DNA from: Mobula hypostoma
Taxonomy: Eukaryota
Reading direction: 5' to 3'
Length of the DNA stretch: 64,000 nucleotides
Assembly: GCF_963921235.1 (NCBI RefSeq)
Contig: NC_086108.1
Span: forward strand, 496,001-560,000
Shown: piece by piece, positions 37,498-49,429 of the stretch
How positions within the stretch are numbered: the stretch's first letter is position 1
Layout: each line of letters starts with the position of its first letter
The notes under the pieces: generated by a model
The model's database searches: none
What the model saw: only the letters and a program-made list of their open reading frames with translations
What the model was told of the DNA's origin: nothing
Program-made: the position numbers and the translations under genes

Positions 37498-38254
37498 TAT
37501 AACAGTATCAATGAAAGATCACCCAGAACGCAGAAGAAAAGGAACTGTGCAAATGCAATTATAAATAAATAGCAATTAATAATGAGAACATGAGATAAAG
37601 AGTCCTTAAAAGTGAGATCAATGGATGGGGCAAGTGAGTGTAGTTATCCCCTTTTATCCAAGAGCCTGATAAAAGGGGATAACTACATTCACAAGTCCTA
37701 AGGCTCACAGGTAGACAAGCTAGTGAAAAAGGCATTGAGCACACTAACCATCATCAGTCAGTTTCAGTGTAGAGACATTATGTTGTGGTTACACAATTCA
37801 TTAGTGAGATCATATGGAGTATTTGGGAAGGTTTGGGTCTCCTTGTGATAGGATAAACATTGTCAAGCTGGAGAGAGCGCAGAAGAGATTTATGAGGGTG
37901 CTGCCCAGACTGGAGGGTCTGAGTTACATGGAGCAGTCGGTCATACTGGATCTTTATTCCATGGAGTGTAGGAGAATCAAAGTCTAGCTCAGAGAAATTT
38001 ATAAAATAAAGGATATTGATAAGGTGAACAGTCATAGTTTTTTCCCCAAGGTTGGGTGAAAGCCCACTTTTCCCTCTCACCTGCACACTCTAGTTTTAGT
38101 TTTCCCTGACCCGACCTTATTTCTGCCCTTCATGATTTAAAATAAACTCTGTAAGGTTCTCTCTCAGTGTCCGAACTAAAATACAAAAGCAGTGATGTAC
38201 ACCTGAGGCTTTGTAAGGCCACAATGGAGTGTTGCAAGCAATTTTGGGCCACAT

Positions 38255-39325
38255 GTTGAGGGAAAGATTGGCAGGAGGCAAAGAGTGGGAATAAAGGGGC
38301 CTTTTCTGGTTCCTGCCGGTGACTAGTAGTGTTCCACAGAGGTCTGTGTTGGGACCTCTTCTTTTTACATTATATATCTTTAATTTGGATAATGGAAATG
38401 ATGGCTTTGTGGGCAAGTTTGCAGATGATACAAAGATTGGTGGAGGGGCAGGTAGTTTTGGGGAAATAGAGAGGCTACAGAAGGACTTATACAGATTAGG
38501 AGAATGGGCAAAAGAGTGGCAGGTGGAATACCGTGTTGGGAAGTATATGGTCATGCATGTTAGTAGAAGAAATAAAGGATAGACTATTTTCTAAATGGAG
38601 AGAAAAATCAAAAGCTGAACTGCAAAGGGACTTGGGAGTCCTCGTGCAGGGTTCTCTGTAGGTTAATTTGCAGGTTTAGTCAGTGGTGAGGAAGGCAAAT
38701 ACAATGTTAGCATTCATTTTGAGAGGACTAGAATTTAAACACAAGGATGTATTGTAGAGGCTTTACAAATCTCTGGTAAGGCCTCACTTGAAGATTTGTG
38801 ATTTGGGCCCCTAATCCAAGAAGTGGTGACATTGAGAGGGTTCAAAAATGTTCACAACAATTATTCTGGTGTTGAAAGGCTTATCATATGAGGAGGTTCT
38901 GGGCCTGTACTGGCAGGAATTTAGAAGAATGAGGGGCGATCTCATTGAAACCTATCGAATGTTAAAAGTCCTCAATGGAGTGGATGTGGAGAAGATGTTT
39001 CCTATGCTGAGGGAGTCCAAGACCAGAGGACACAGAATCAGAATGGAGAAATGTTATTCAGAACGGAGAAGAGGAGGAATTTCTTTAGCTGGAGAGTGGT
39101 GAATCTGTGGAATTCATTGCCACAGGCCAATGTGTCGGGCAAGATATTGGGTATATCTGTGGCAGAGGTTGATAGATTCCTGATTAGTCAGGATATGGGG
39201 TGAAAGTGGGAGACTGGAGCTGAGATGGAAAATGGACATTGGATTAGCCATGAATGGTGGAGCAGACCTGATGGGTCAAATAGTCTTATTCTTCTCCTAT
39301 GCCTTATAGTCTCATGATCTTATAG
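38255..39325 (+). mobile_element. Old CR1 RT/3' fragment (further degenerate CR1 pieces at ~36296-36870 and 37700-38060)
   Basis: [18 protein letters not shown] and RGDLIETY motifs with many stops and frameshifts. Confidence 0.85.
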
Positions 39326-39790
39326 AAAGTTGTTGGGGGGGGGGGGTGTCCAGGGGAAGGTCACAAGATGGACTGGTGTGAAGAGTTCCTGAGGAAGGTC
39401 ACAAAATGGACTGGGCATGGAGCAGGTCCAGAGGACGTTCACATGATGGACAGGCCATGGAGAGGGTTCAGGGGAATGTCACAAGAATAATCCCAGGAAT
39501 TAAAGGACTAACATATGAGGAATGTGTCAGAAGGATCGGGGTAGATGGGTCTTTTTGAAATCTACTGAAAGGCTTGGACAGGATGTGGTGCCTCAAATAA
39601 GCTGCATCCATCATTAAGGACCCCCATCACCCAGGTCATTCCTTGTTCTTATTGCTACCATCAGCAAGGAGATACAGAAGCCTGAAGGCACATACTCAAT
39701 GATTCAGAAATAGCTTCATCCCCTCTGTTATCTGATTTTTGAATGGACATTGAACCCCTGAACACTACCTGATTAGTTTTTTTGCACTAC

Positions 39791-40050
39791 TTGGAGGGAG
39801 CGAGTCTATATCAGATGACCTGCAACCTGACGGCTATTCCACCATGTGAGCAGATCTTCTTGGTCGAGCTGCTTCTCTACAGCAAGGACGTTGGCTGGGC
39901 AGAAGCCAGGCACTGGAGGGTCATTGCCTCCCACATCTGGCAGGTTCTGTCTGGATGGGCGATCACTGACTATTGGAGAGGTCCTGCCAACTGGTCCCAG
40001 TAGGAGGTCTTTGAGGTGGGCTGAGTGGAGGAATCCTGAAGGACGGGTGA
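39791..40050 (+). pseudogene. Decayed partial duplicate of the BMP16 last exon (pseudo-exon) inside the BMP16 intron
   Basis: Aligns by eye to 42766-~43038: LEGASLYQMTCNLTAIPPCEQIFLVELLLYSK versus [32 protein letters not shown]. 14 mismatches in the first 66 nt, small deletions, TGG>TAG at 40001-40003, and no copy of the splice acceptor. Confidence 0.9.
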
Positions 40051-40878
40051 GAATTGGTGGGCTTTACTGTAATTCATGTTTTTTTATATTATTATGTATT
40101 GCACTGTACTGCTGCTGCAAAAACAACTAATTTCCTGATTTATGCCATGATACTAAACCTGATTCAGTTTCCGCTAGTAGGAGAATCTAGGATCTGAGGG
40201 CACAGCCTCAAAATAGAAGAGCATCCATTTAGAAATGAGATAAGGAATTTGTTCAGCCAGAGGGTGACGAATCTGTGGAATTCGTTGCCCCAGATGGCTG
40301 TGGAGGCTCAGCTGTGGGTGTATTTACGGCAGAGATCACATGGTAGTGTAGCAGCTAGCAGAACACTTTACAGCACCAGTGATCAGTGTCCAATACCTAC
40401 GACTGACTGTGAGGAGCTTGTAACTTCTCTCCATGGCTGCGTGAGTCTCCTCCACGTTTTCTCTGACACTTCAAAGACATACAGGTTCAGCTTAGTAAGT
40501 TGTGGACATGCTGTGTTGACACTTGTTGGCTGTTCCCAGCACATCTCGAACTGTGTTGGTTGTTGACACGAACAATGCTGTATAACACTACGACTTGAAC
40601 CCCTTCCACCAAACCTGACTCAGGTTCTACCACTCAGGGGCAACTTACAGCTCTCAATTAACCTGCCAACCCACTCATCTATGGGATGAAGGAGGAAAAG
40701 GTAGAGTAGTGATTAGCACAAAGCTTTACAGTACCCGAGACCAGAGCTTAATTCCCCCCACTGCCTGTAAGGAGTTTGTACGTTCTCCGCATGAGCACAT
40801 GTGCTTCATCCGGGTGCTCTGGTTTCCTCCCACAGTCCAAAGACATACTGGTTAGTAGGTTAATTGGTCATTGTAAAT

Positions 40879-40958
40879 CATGGGTTCCCAACCTGGGGTC
40901 CACTGACCTCTTGCTTAATGGTATTGGTCCAAGACATAAAAAATGTTGGGAAACGCTG
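40879..40958. mobile_element. Second copy of the 80-bp hAT MITE, opposite orientation, TSD TTGTAAAT, inserted in a V-SINE
   Basis: CATGGGTTCCCAAC...GTTGGGAAACGCTG. TTGTAAAT at 40871-40878 and 40959-40966. Interior is the reverse complement of 2400-2479. Confidence 0.88.
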
Positions 40959-42742
40959 TTGTAAATTGTTCTGTGATTAGGCTAGGGTTAAATCGGGGTT
41001 GGCTGGGTGGCTTGAAGGGCCAGAAGGGCCTATTCTGTGTTGTATCTCAAGTGAAGGAAAATCAGACCACTGGGTGTAACCCACATGATCATGGAGAGAG
41101 AGCATACAAACACCCCACAAGGCATTCGGATCTCTGGCACATTCACTCTGAGTTGCCACACAGCGCATTGAACAATACAGTACAGTAGGAGTTCCCAATT
41201 TTTTAATACAGATTTTCTCTTGTCTGTACTGCAATCCCCTGATTTAATCCTAGCCTAATCACGGGACAAATTAATGTACCAACTGGTACGTTTGGACTGT
41301 GAGAGGAAACTGGATCACCCAGAGGAAACCCATATGGCCATGGTGAGAATGTACAAGTAGTGGGAATTGAACCCAGATTGGTGATCGCTTATGCTGTAAC
41401 GCGCTACATTAACCGCTACACTGCTCTGCCACACCTATAAATATTATATGTATATTATAATACACCGCTAAAGCAAAATAAAAAAATCCTATAATACATT
41501 AAATAAATATCTTATTTATGTAGGTATATATAATGTAATGTACATATACTATTATATGTTGTATATAAAGTATAATGGGGGAAAGTAACAGCTTGTACGT
41601 TCTTGCTGAGACCACGTGGGTTTCAAAGTTCAAAGTAAGTTTATTATCAAAGTACATTTACAGCCTGGGATTCATTTTCTTGTGGGCATATGCAATAAAT
41701 CTATAGAATAATAACTATAACAGGATAAATGAAAGACCCCACCAACTAGGGTATTCAACCAGAGTGCAAAAGACAACAAACTCTGCAAATACAAAAATAA
41801 AGAAATAATAAATAAATAAACAAACAACCAATAAATAAATATTGAGATGAAGAGTCCTTGAAAGTGAGTCCATAGGTTGTGGGAACATTTCAGTGATGGG
41901 GCAAGTGAAGGTGAGTCACTTTAACCCCTTTGATTCAAGAACATTTTGGCTGAGGGATCATAACTGTTCCTGAACCTGGTGGTGTGGGACCTGAGGCTCA
42001 TTGTGGTGAGTGAAGTTATCCACACTGGTTCAGGTGCCTGATGGTTGTGGGGTAATAACTGTTCCTGAACCTGGTGGTGTGAGTGCTGAGGCTCCTGTAC
42101 AGTATCTTCTTCCTGATGGCAGCAGCGAGAAGAGAACATGACCTGGGTGGACCTGCGTTGCTGATGATGGATGCTGCTTTCCTCGACAGTGTTTCATGTA
42201 GATGTGTTCAGTGGTTGGGAGGGGTTTATCCCAATGTTGTTACTCCACGTCCATCTCTTCTGCACACTCCCCAGTGCCATCAAGCTGTCCATAACCATAC
42301 ATCGTGTCACAGTCAAAACATGAGCCCATTCTGATTACTGTTCAATGGATAATTCATAACATAAGATTCTGTTACAAGGCTCACAAATTAACAGTGGTTG
42401 GGAGGGCTTTACCCATGATGGAGCCCACCCCGCCCTACAGGTGCTTGGGGTGTTTTGGTTTCCTCCCTCTGTCCAGAGATATACTGGCTAGTAGTGTTAC
42501 GTCTGTGGACAACTACATGTATATTAACTGTCACTGTAAGCTGTCCTATGGTCAGGAGAGTGTCAAATAGGTGGATTGTTGTGTGGCGCAGCTTGTCAGG
42601 CCCAGAAGGATCTGTTTGCACTGTATCTCTAAATAAATAAGATATTCAATAGGCCACTGTCCTGACTGTGCCGAGCTATCAAAGTTGCTGTTGAGTCTTC
42701 ATTCCGTGTTTAACCAGACTGACAGTTTGTTTTCTGCTCCAG

Positions 42743-43566
42743 AAGACCAGGAGGAGGGACCACGGTTGGAGGGAGTGAACCTGCATCAGATGATCTTCAA
42801 CCTGACGGCCATTCCAGTGGGCGAGCGGATCATCTCAGCCGAGCTGCGTCTTTACAGCGAGTATGATGGCTGGGCAGACGCTGGGCATCAGAGGGTCGGT
42901 GGATACCACCTCTGGCAGGTTCTGCCTGGGCAAGCGACTCACCGACTACTGGAGAGGCGGCAGTCCCCTGCCAAGTGGTCCCAGTGGGAGGTCTTTGAGG
43001 TGGGCCAGGTGGTGGAAGAGTCCAGGAGGATGGGCAAGGGGCTTGTGGGCTTCCTGGTGAAGGTGGGAGAGGACGGAGGTGACACTGGGCCACTGAGGGT
43101 CAGCAGGTCGCTGAAGGGCGTGGAGGGGAGCTGGCCCCTGAGAAGGCCACTCCTGGTTACCTACGGTCTGGATGGGAAGGGACTACCTCTGCACTCCAAG
43201 CCGGAGCAGTCCAGACACAGGAGGAAGCCCAGGAGAGGCCGGGGCCGGAGCCGGAGCCAATGCCGGCGGAAGCCGCTGTACGTGGACTTCAGGAGAGTGG
43301 GCTGGAGTGAGTGGATCATTGCTCCCCGGGGCTACAATGCCTTCTACTGCCAAGGGGACTGCCGCTTTCCACTGGCCGACCACATGAACTCCTCCAGTCA
43401 TGCCATTGTTCAGACCCTTGTCCATGCCGTCAACGGCAAGGTGCCCAGAGCTTGCTGCATACCCACTGAACTCAGCCCCATTGCCATACTGTACCTGGAT
43501 GAGGAGGACAGGGTCGTCCTCAGAAACTACCAGGAGATGGTGGTGGAGGGCTGCGGATGTCACTGA
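42743..43566 (+). CDS. bmp16: BMP16 last coding exon: rest of prodomain, furin sites and mature cystine-knot ligand
   Basis: Pyrimidine-rich acceptor tttgttttctgctccAG ends at 42742. G(34156)+AA gives an in-frame Glu. Motifs [30 protein letters not shown]. Mature domain [78 protein letters not shown] has all 7 Cys. Spliced CDS is 355+824=1179 nt, or 392 aa. Confidence 0.92.
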
Positions 43567-45073
43567 GGGTCACGTGGCAGCAAGCAATTGGGGGGGGTTA
43601 GAGAGATGGGGAGGTGTGTGGGGGTTGGAGGGGATTACAGAAACAGGGAGGGGTATAGGGGAGGGAGAGGGTTACAGAGACAGGGAGGATTGCAGGAGCA
43701 GAGGGAGGTTACAGAGATGTGGAGGCATGTAGCGTTCGGAGAGGGTCACAGAGATAAGGAGGGTGAGGTCCTCAGATGGATTTGAATTAAACGAGGAAAC
43801 TTTGACAATACTTTTTGTTTGATTTCCTGTTGTCAGTGAAGAGGAGGGGACTAGAGGGGTAGAAGGAAAGGAAGAGGGTGAGAGGAGAGGAAAGCAGGTG
43901 AGGGGAGAGACGCACTGCAAACCCTTGAGCCCTCACAGTACACTCAAACTGCCCCTCATCCTCACACTACCAAATGGAAGAGTTGTATTCACATAGCACC
44001 TTTCACCTCAGAATATCCCATTTTGACTTGGGGTCAATATGGAAAGATCACCTGACTTCTGTCAAAATGACTGAGGAAGAAACGTTGGACGTCTCCGGAC
44101 CTCAGCCCCAATGTCCATAGGGGAATGCCATGTAGGCTGAATCTCATTGTCCCTCGGTATCGTGGACTGTCACCCCAGGATCGGTAATTCTTCTCTCTGT
44201 CACCATGCACCCGCAAGCTGCCCGTATGCGTCATGCCGTAGAACCATGGGACACTTGGACACCGGAAGCTGACTTGATCCGATGGGCAGTTTCTCCTCTA
44301 GCCTGGCTAAGTCTCAGCTCAACGTGGAATCACTCACCCTCTACAAAATGTTGACGGACTATTCGACTAACAGAATCAGAATCGGGTTTAATATCACTGG
44401 CATATGTCATGAAATCATTGTTGTGTGGCAGCAGTACATTCCAATACACAATAATAAAAAACTAAATTACAGTATATATTTAAAAAGTTTAATTAAGTAG
44501 TGCAAAAAGAGGGAAAAAAGTAGTGAAGTAGCATTCATGAGATGAATGTTTGTTCATGGGAGAGGGACGAAGCTGTTCCTGAATCACTGAGTGTGTGTCT
44601 TCAGGCTCCTGTACCTCTTCCCCGATGGCGGAGGGGAAGAAACTGTTCCTGAATCACTGAGTGTGCGCTTTCAGGCTCCTGTACCTCCTCCCTGACGGTA
44701 GCAATGAGAAGAGGGCATGGCCTGGGTGATGATGATGCCAGCTTTTTGAAGGCATTACTACTTGAAGGTGTCCTGGATACTGGTGAGGCCGGAGCATCGC
44801 TCCCCATCCTGCTCCTGCCCATGTCCAATCAATTTTAAACAGTTACTTTCCAGAGACAACCACAAGTGGCTGTTTGCATCTTTGACACAACCTTAGCTCC
44901 CTAAGCCCTTCCACTTCCAACCTGACCATCAGTTTAGTTCATGGAGAAGTTTATTTCAGTGGTGCTATAGGTATACACAGGGTATATCAGCAATGAGAGA
45001 TGGCTTTCAGCGGTACATTGCAAATATAAGTTAATATCAACTTAAATTAAAGAGATGATGATGATTAGCTTAA

Positions 45074-47777
45074 TAGAAACATAGAAACATAGAAAATAGG
45101 TGCAGGAGTAGGCCATTCGGCCCTTCGAGCCTGAACCGCCATTTATTATGATCATGGCTGATCATCCAACTCAGAACCCCGCCCCAGCCTTCCCTCCATA
45201 CCCCCTGACCCCCGTAGCCACAAGGGCCATATCTAACTCCCTCTTAAATATAGCCAATGAACTGGCCTCAACTGTTTCCTGTGGCAGAGAATTCCACAGA
45301 TTCACCACTCTCTGTGTGAAGAAGTTTTTCCTAATCTCGGTCCTAAAAGGTTTCCCCTCTATCCTCAAACTGTGGCCCCTAGTTCTGGACTTCCCCACCA
45401 TCGGGAACAATCTTCCTGCATCTAGCCTGTCCAATCCCTTTAGGATCTTATACGTTTCAATCAGATCCCCCCTCAATCTTCTAAATTCCAACGAGTACAA
45501 GCCCAGTTCATCCAGTCTTTCTTCATATGAAAGTCCTGCCATCCCAGGAATCAACCTGGTGAACCTTCTTTGTACTCCCTCTAAGGCAAGAATGTCTTTT
45601 CTCAGATTAGGGGACCAAAACTGCACACAATACTCCAGGTGTGGTCTCACCAAGGCCTTGTACAACTGCAGTAGTACCTCCCTGCTCCTGTACTCGAATC
45701 CTCTCGCTATAAGTGCCAGCATACCATTCGCCTTTTTCACTGCCTGCTGTACCTGCATGCCCACTTTCAATGACTGGTGTATAATGACACCCAGGTCTCG
45801 TTGCACCTCCCCTTTTCCTAATCGGCCACCATTCAGATAATAATCTGTTTTCCTATTTTTGCCACCAAAGTGGATAACTTCACATTTATCCACATTAAAT
45901 TGCATCTGCCATGAATTTGCCCACTCACCCAACCTAACCAAGTCACCCTGCATCCTCTTAGCATCCTCCTCACAGCTAACACTGCCACCCAGTTTCGTGT
46001 CATCCGCAAACTTGGAGATGCTGCATTTAATTCCCTCATCCAAGTCATTAATATATATTGTAAACAACTGGGGTCTCAGCACTGAGCCTTGCGGTACCCC
46101 ACTAGTCACCGCCTGCCATTCTGAAAAGGTCCCGTTTATTTCCACTCTTTGCTTCCTGTCTGCTAACCAATTCTCCACCCACACCAATACCTTACCCCCA
46201 ATACCGTGTGCTTTAAGTTTGCACACTAATCTCCTGTGTGGAACCTTGTCAAAAGCCTTTTGAAAATCCAAATATACCACATCCACTGGTTCTCCCCTAT
46301 CCACTCTACTAGTTACATCCTCAAAAAATTCTGAGATTCGTCAGACATGATTTTCCTTTCACAAATCCATGCTGACTTTGTCCGATCATTTCACCGCTTT
46401 CCAAATGTGCTGTTATCACATCCTTGATAACTGACTCCAGCAGTTTCCCCACCACCGACGTTAGGCTAACCGGTCTATAACTCCCCGGTTTCTCTCTCCC
46501 TCCTTTTTTAAAAAGTGGAGTTACATTAGCCACCCTCCAATCCTCAGGAACTAGTCCAGAATCTAATGAGTTTTGAAAAATTATCACTAATGCATCCACT
46601 ATTTCTTGGGCTACTTCCTTAAGCACTCTGGGATGCAGACCATCTGGCCCTGGGGATTTATCTGCCTTCAATCCCTTCAATTTACCTAACACCACTTCCC
46701 TACTAACATGTATTTCGCTCAGTTCCTCCATCTCACTGGACCCTCTGTCCCCTACTATTTCTGGAAGATTATTTATGTCCTCCTTAGTGAAGACAGAACC
46801 AAAGTAATTATTCAATTGGTCTGCCATGTCCTTGCTCCCCATAATCAATTCACCTGTTTCTGTCTGCAAGGGACCTACATTTGTCTTTACCAGTCTTTTC
46901 CTTTTTACATATCTATAAAAGCTTTTACAGTCCGTTTTTATGTTCCCTGCCAGTTTTCTCTCATAATCTTTTTTCCTCTTCCTAATTAAGCCCTTTGTCC
47001 TCCTCTGCTGAACTCTGAATTTCTCCCAGTCCTCAGGTGACCCACTTTCTCTGGCTAATTTGTATGCTTCTTCTTTGGAATTGATACTATCCCTAATTTC
47101 TCTTGTCAGCCACAGGTGCACTACCTTCCTTGATTTATTCTTTTGCCAAACTGGGATGAACGATTGTTGTAGTTCATCCATGCAACCTTTAAATGCTTGC
47201 CATTGCATATCCACCGTCAATCCTTTAAGTGTCATTTGCCAGTCTATCTTAGCTAATTCACGTCTCATACCTTCAAAGTTACCCCTCTTTAAGTTCAGAA
47301 CCTTTGTTTCTGAATTAACTATGTCACTCTCCATCTTAATGAAGAATTCCACCATATTATGGTCACTCTTACCCAAGGGGCCTCTCACGACAAGATTGCT
47401 AATTAACCCTTCCTCATTGCTCAAAACCCAGTCCAGAATAGCCTGCTCTCTAGTTGGTTCCTCGACATGTTGGTTCAAAAAACCATCCCGCATACATTCC
47501 AAGAAATCCTCTTCCTCAGCACCTTTACCAATTTGGTTCACCCAATCTACATGAGGATTGAAGTCACCCATTATAACTGCTGTTCCTTTATTGCACACAT
47601 TTCTAATTTCCTGTTTAATACCATCTCCGACCTCACTACTACTGTCAGGTGGCCTGTACACAACTCCCACCAGCGTCTTCTGCCCCTTAGTGTTACGCAG
47701 CTCTACCCATATCGATTCCACATCTTCCCGGCTTATGTCCTTCCTTTCTATTGCGTTAATCTCTTCTTTAACTATCA
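45074..47777 (-). mobile_element. Young 5'-truncated CR1 (second subfamily), ORF2 with a single frameshift near 46325
   Basis: ORFs 46321-47778 (485 aa; GDFN, SDH, DKSPGPDG, SQHGF) and 45171-46304 (377 aa; about 17 aa differences from 26508-27641). (tttctatg)n tail. Confidence 0.96.
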
Positions 47778-49429
47778 TGTAACTATCTCTTCTTTATCTA
47801 TCATGTGTATATCAAAACAGAGTGAAATGCATCGTTTTGCGTCCACGTCCACACAGTCCGAGGATGTTGCTGGGGATCAACCTGCAAGTGTCACCATGCT
47901 TCCGATGCCAACGGGGCATGCCCACAGCTCACTCACCCTCACTAGCATGTCTTGGGAATGTGGGAGAAAGCCAGAGCACCCAGAGATTATGGAGAGAATG
48001 CACAAACTCCCTGCAGACAGCACTGGGAATTGAACCTCTGATCAGTATCTCTGATGCCAATGTTCTCTCCAATTGTTTTATACAGCTGCACAGACCAACA
48101 ATTACTCTGAGCAGGAAATTTTGACACAGCTCAAAAACTGTGCAGCACTTTAAATGCTATTTTTTGTATAACGCGTACTATGAATATTAGAAAAATCACA
48201 TACTTTAATTTTTTCATTAACTGAAGGAGATAATGAAATACAGTACAGCAGAGAAAATCCTTCATGTTCCATAAACTTTTTCTTGCTGCTTCCAATTCCA
48301 GCTGCACGGCTACAAAGGCTATGAGCGTGGGGACATTTCAGTTATTGTGTGGCCGTGCACTCATGCACACTTTACATGTGGCCTGCGATGTAAAGTGATT
48401 GTGCTAACCACTATGCTGCCATATTATACATAATTTACATGACAAAATCAATTTCACAACACTGCTGCAAGTTGAGAGAGAGAGAGAGACAGAAAGCACT
48501 ACAATCTGAAGTAGTGTTAGGGATAAGAAATATCTACAGTCCATGAGCCGGCTTTCTCATCTTTCAGAGACACACAGGATTCTTTATCCAGAGCGTGATG
48601 GATTTGTGGAATTTGTTGCCACACACAGCTGTGGAGGCCAAGTTTTTGAGTATATTTGGAGGTTGATAGGCTCTTCATTAGTCAGGGTGTTAAATATTAT
48701 GGGAGAAGGCAGGAGAATGAAGTTGAGAAATATAATAGCAGAGCAGACTGGATGGGCCGAATAGCCTAACCCTGCTCCTAAATCTTAAGGTCTTTTGCTG
48801 TAAATTTAAAAGCTTTGGCCCCAACTCTTGATGACAAATGAAAGAAGCTTCCTGTTGTTTTCTGCATCTCACCCACTTGTGATCCTGTCACCTTTCAACC
48901 ACCATCCCCACCCCAGTTTCCTCAGCCTCGCCTCATGGCTCACATCTCCCCTTCCTGGCACCATTCGTGTGACCCCTTCTGCGATTTTTATGTCCTCCCC
49001 AGATCCTGAGGACCAGAACTGGAGTCAATTTAAACATAAAGAAGAAAAAATAAAGATGATCTCAGCAGATTGTTTATTACACCAGATCCTAGCACCTGCA
49101 GTCTCCATAAATCCATGTGAGATAGAAGCAGAATAGGCCATTTAGCCTATTGAGTCTGCTCTGCCATTCCAGCATACCTAATTTATTGTCCCTCTCGACC
49201 TCTCTATCCGGCCTTCTCCTCGACTAGGAAATTTATAATTGTAACATGTATTTAAAAAAAAAGAATTTAAAGTGTATTGTGGTATGATAAAAATTCAAAG
49301 TCAATTTATCATCAAAATACATATGTCAGTTAATACAACTTTGAGATTAGATTAAGATTAAGAGATTATTAATGATGGATGGGTCTGTCACTATATAGGA
49401 CATATATACTGTATGGACATATCTGAATA

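Noticed and set aside
42685..42742. N-terminal extension of the 293-aa ORF
   Set aside because: It is intronic polypyrimidine tract upstream of the acceptor, with a non-ATG start.
44034..44345. Unique CpG-containing stretch after BMP16 with a 66-aa minus-strand ORF and a possible acceptor
   Set aside because: All three frames stop shortly after the candidate acceptor and I recognise no motif. It is more simply BMP16 3' UTR or downstream DNA.
45148..45840. 230-aa plus-strand ORF, and similar antisense ORFs over other CR1 copies
   Set aside because: Antisense shadow of an open CR1 ORF2; no independent evidence of coding.
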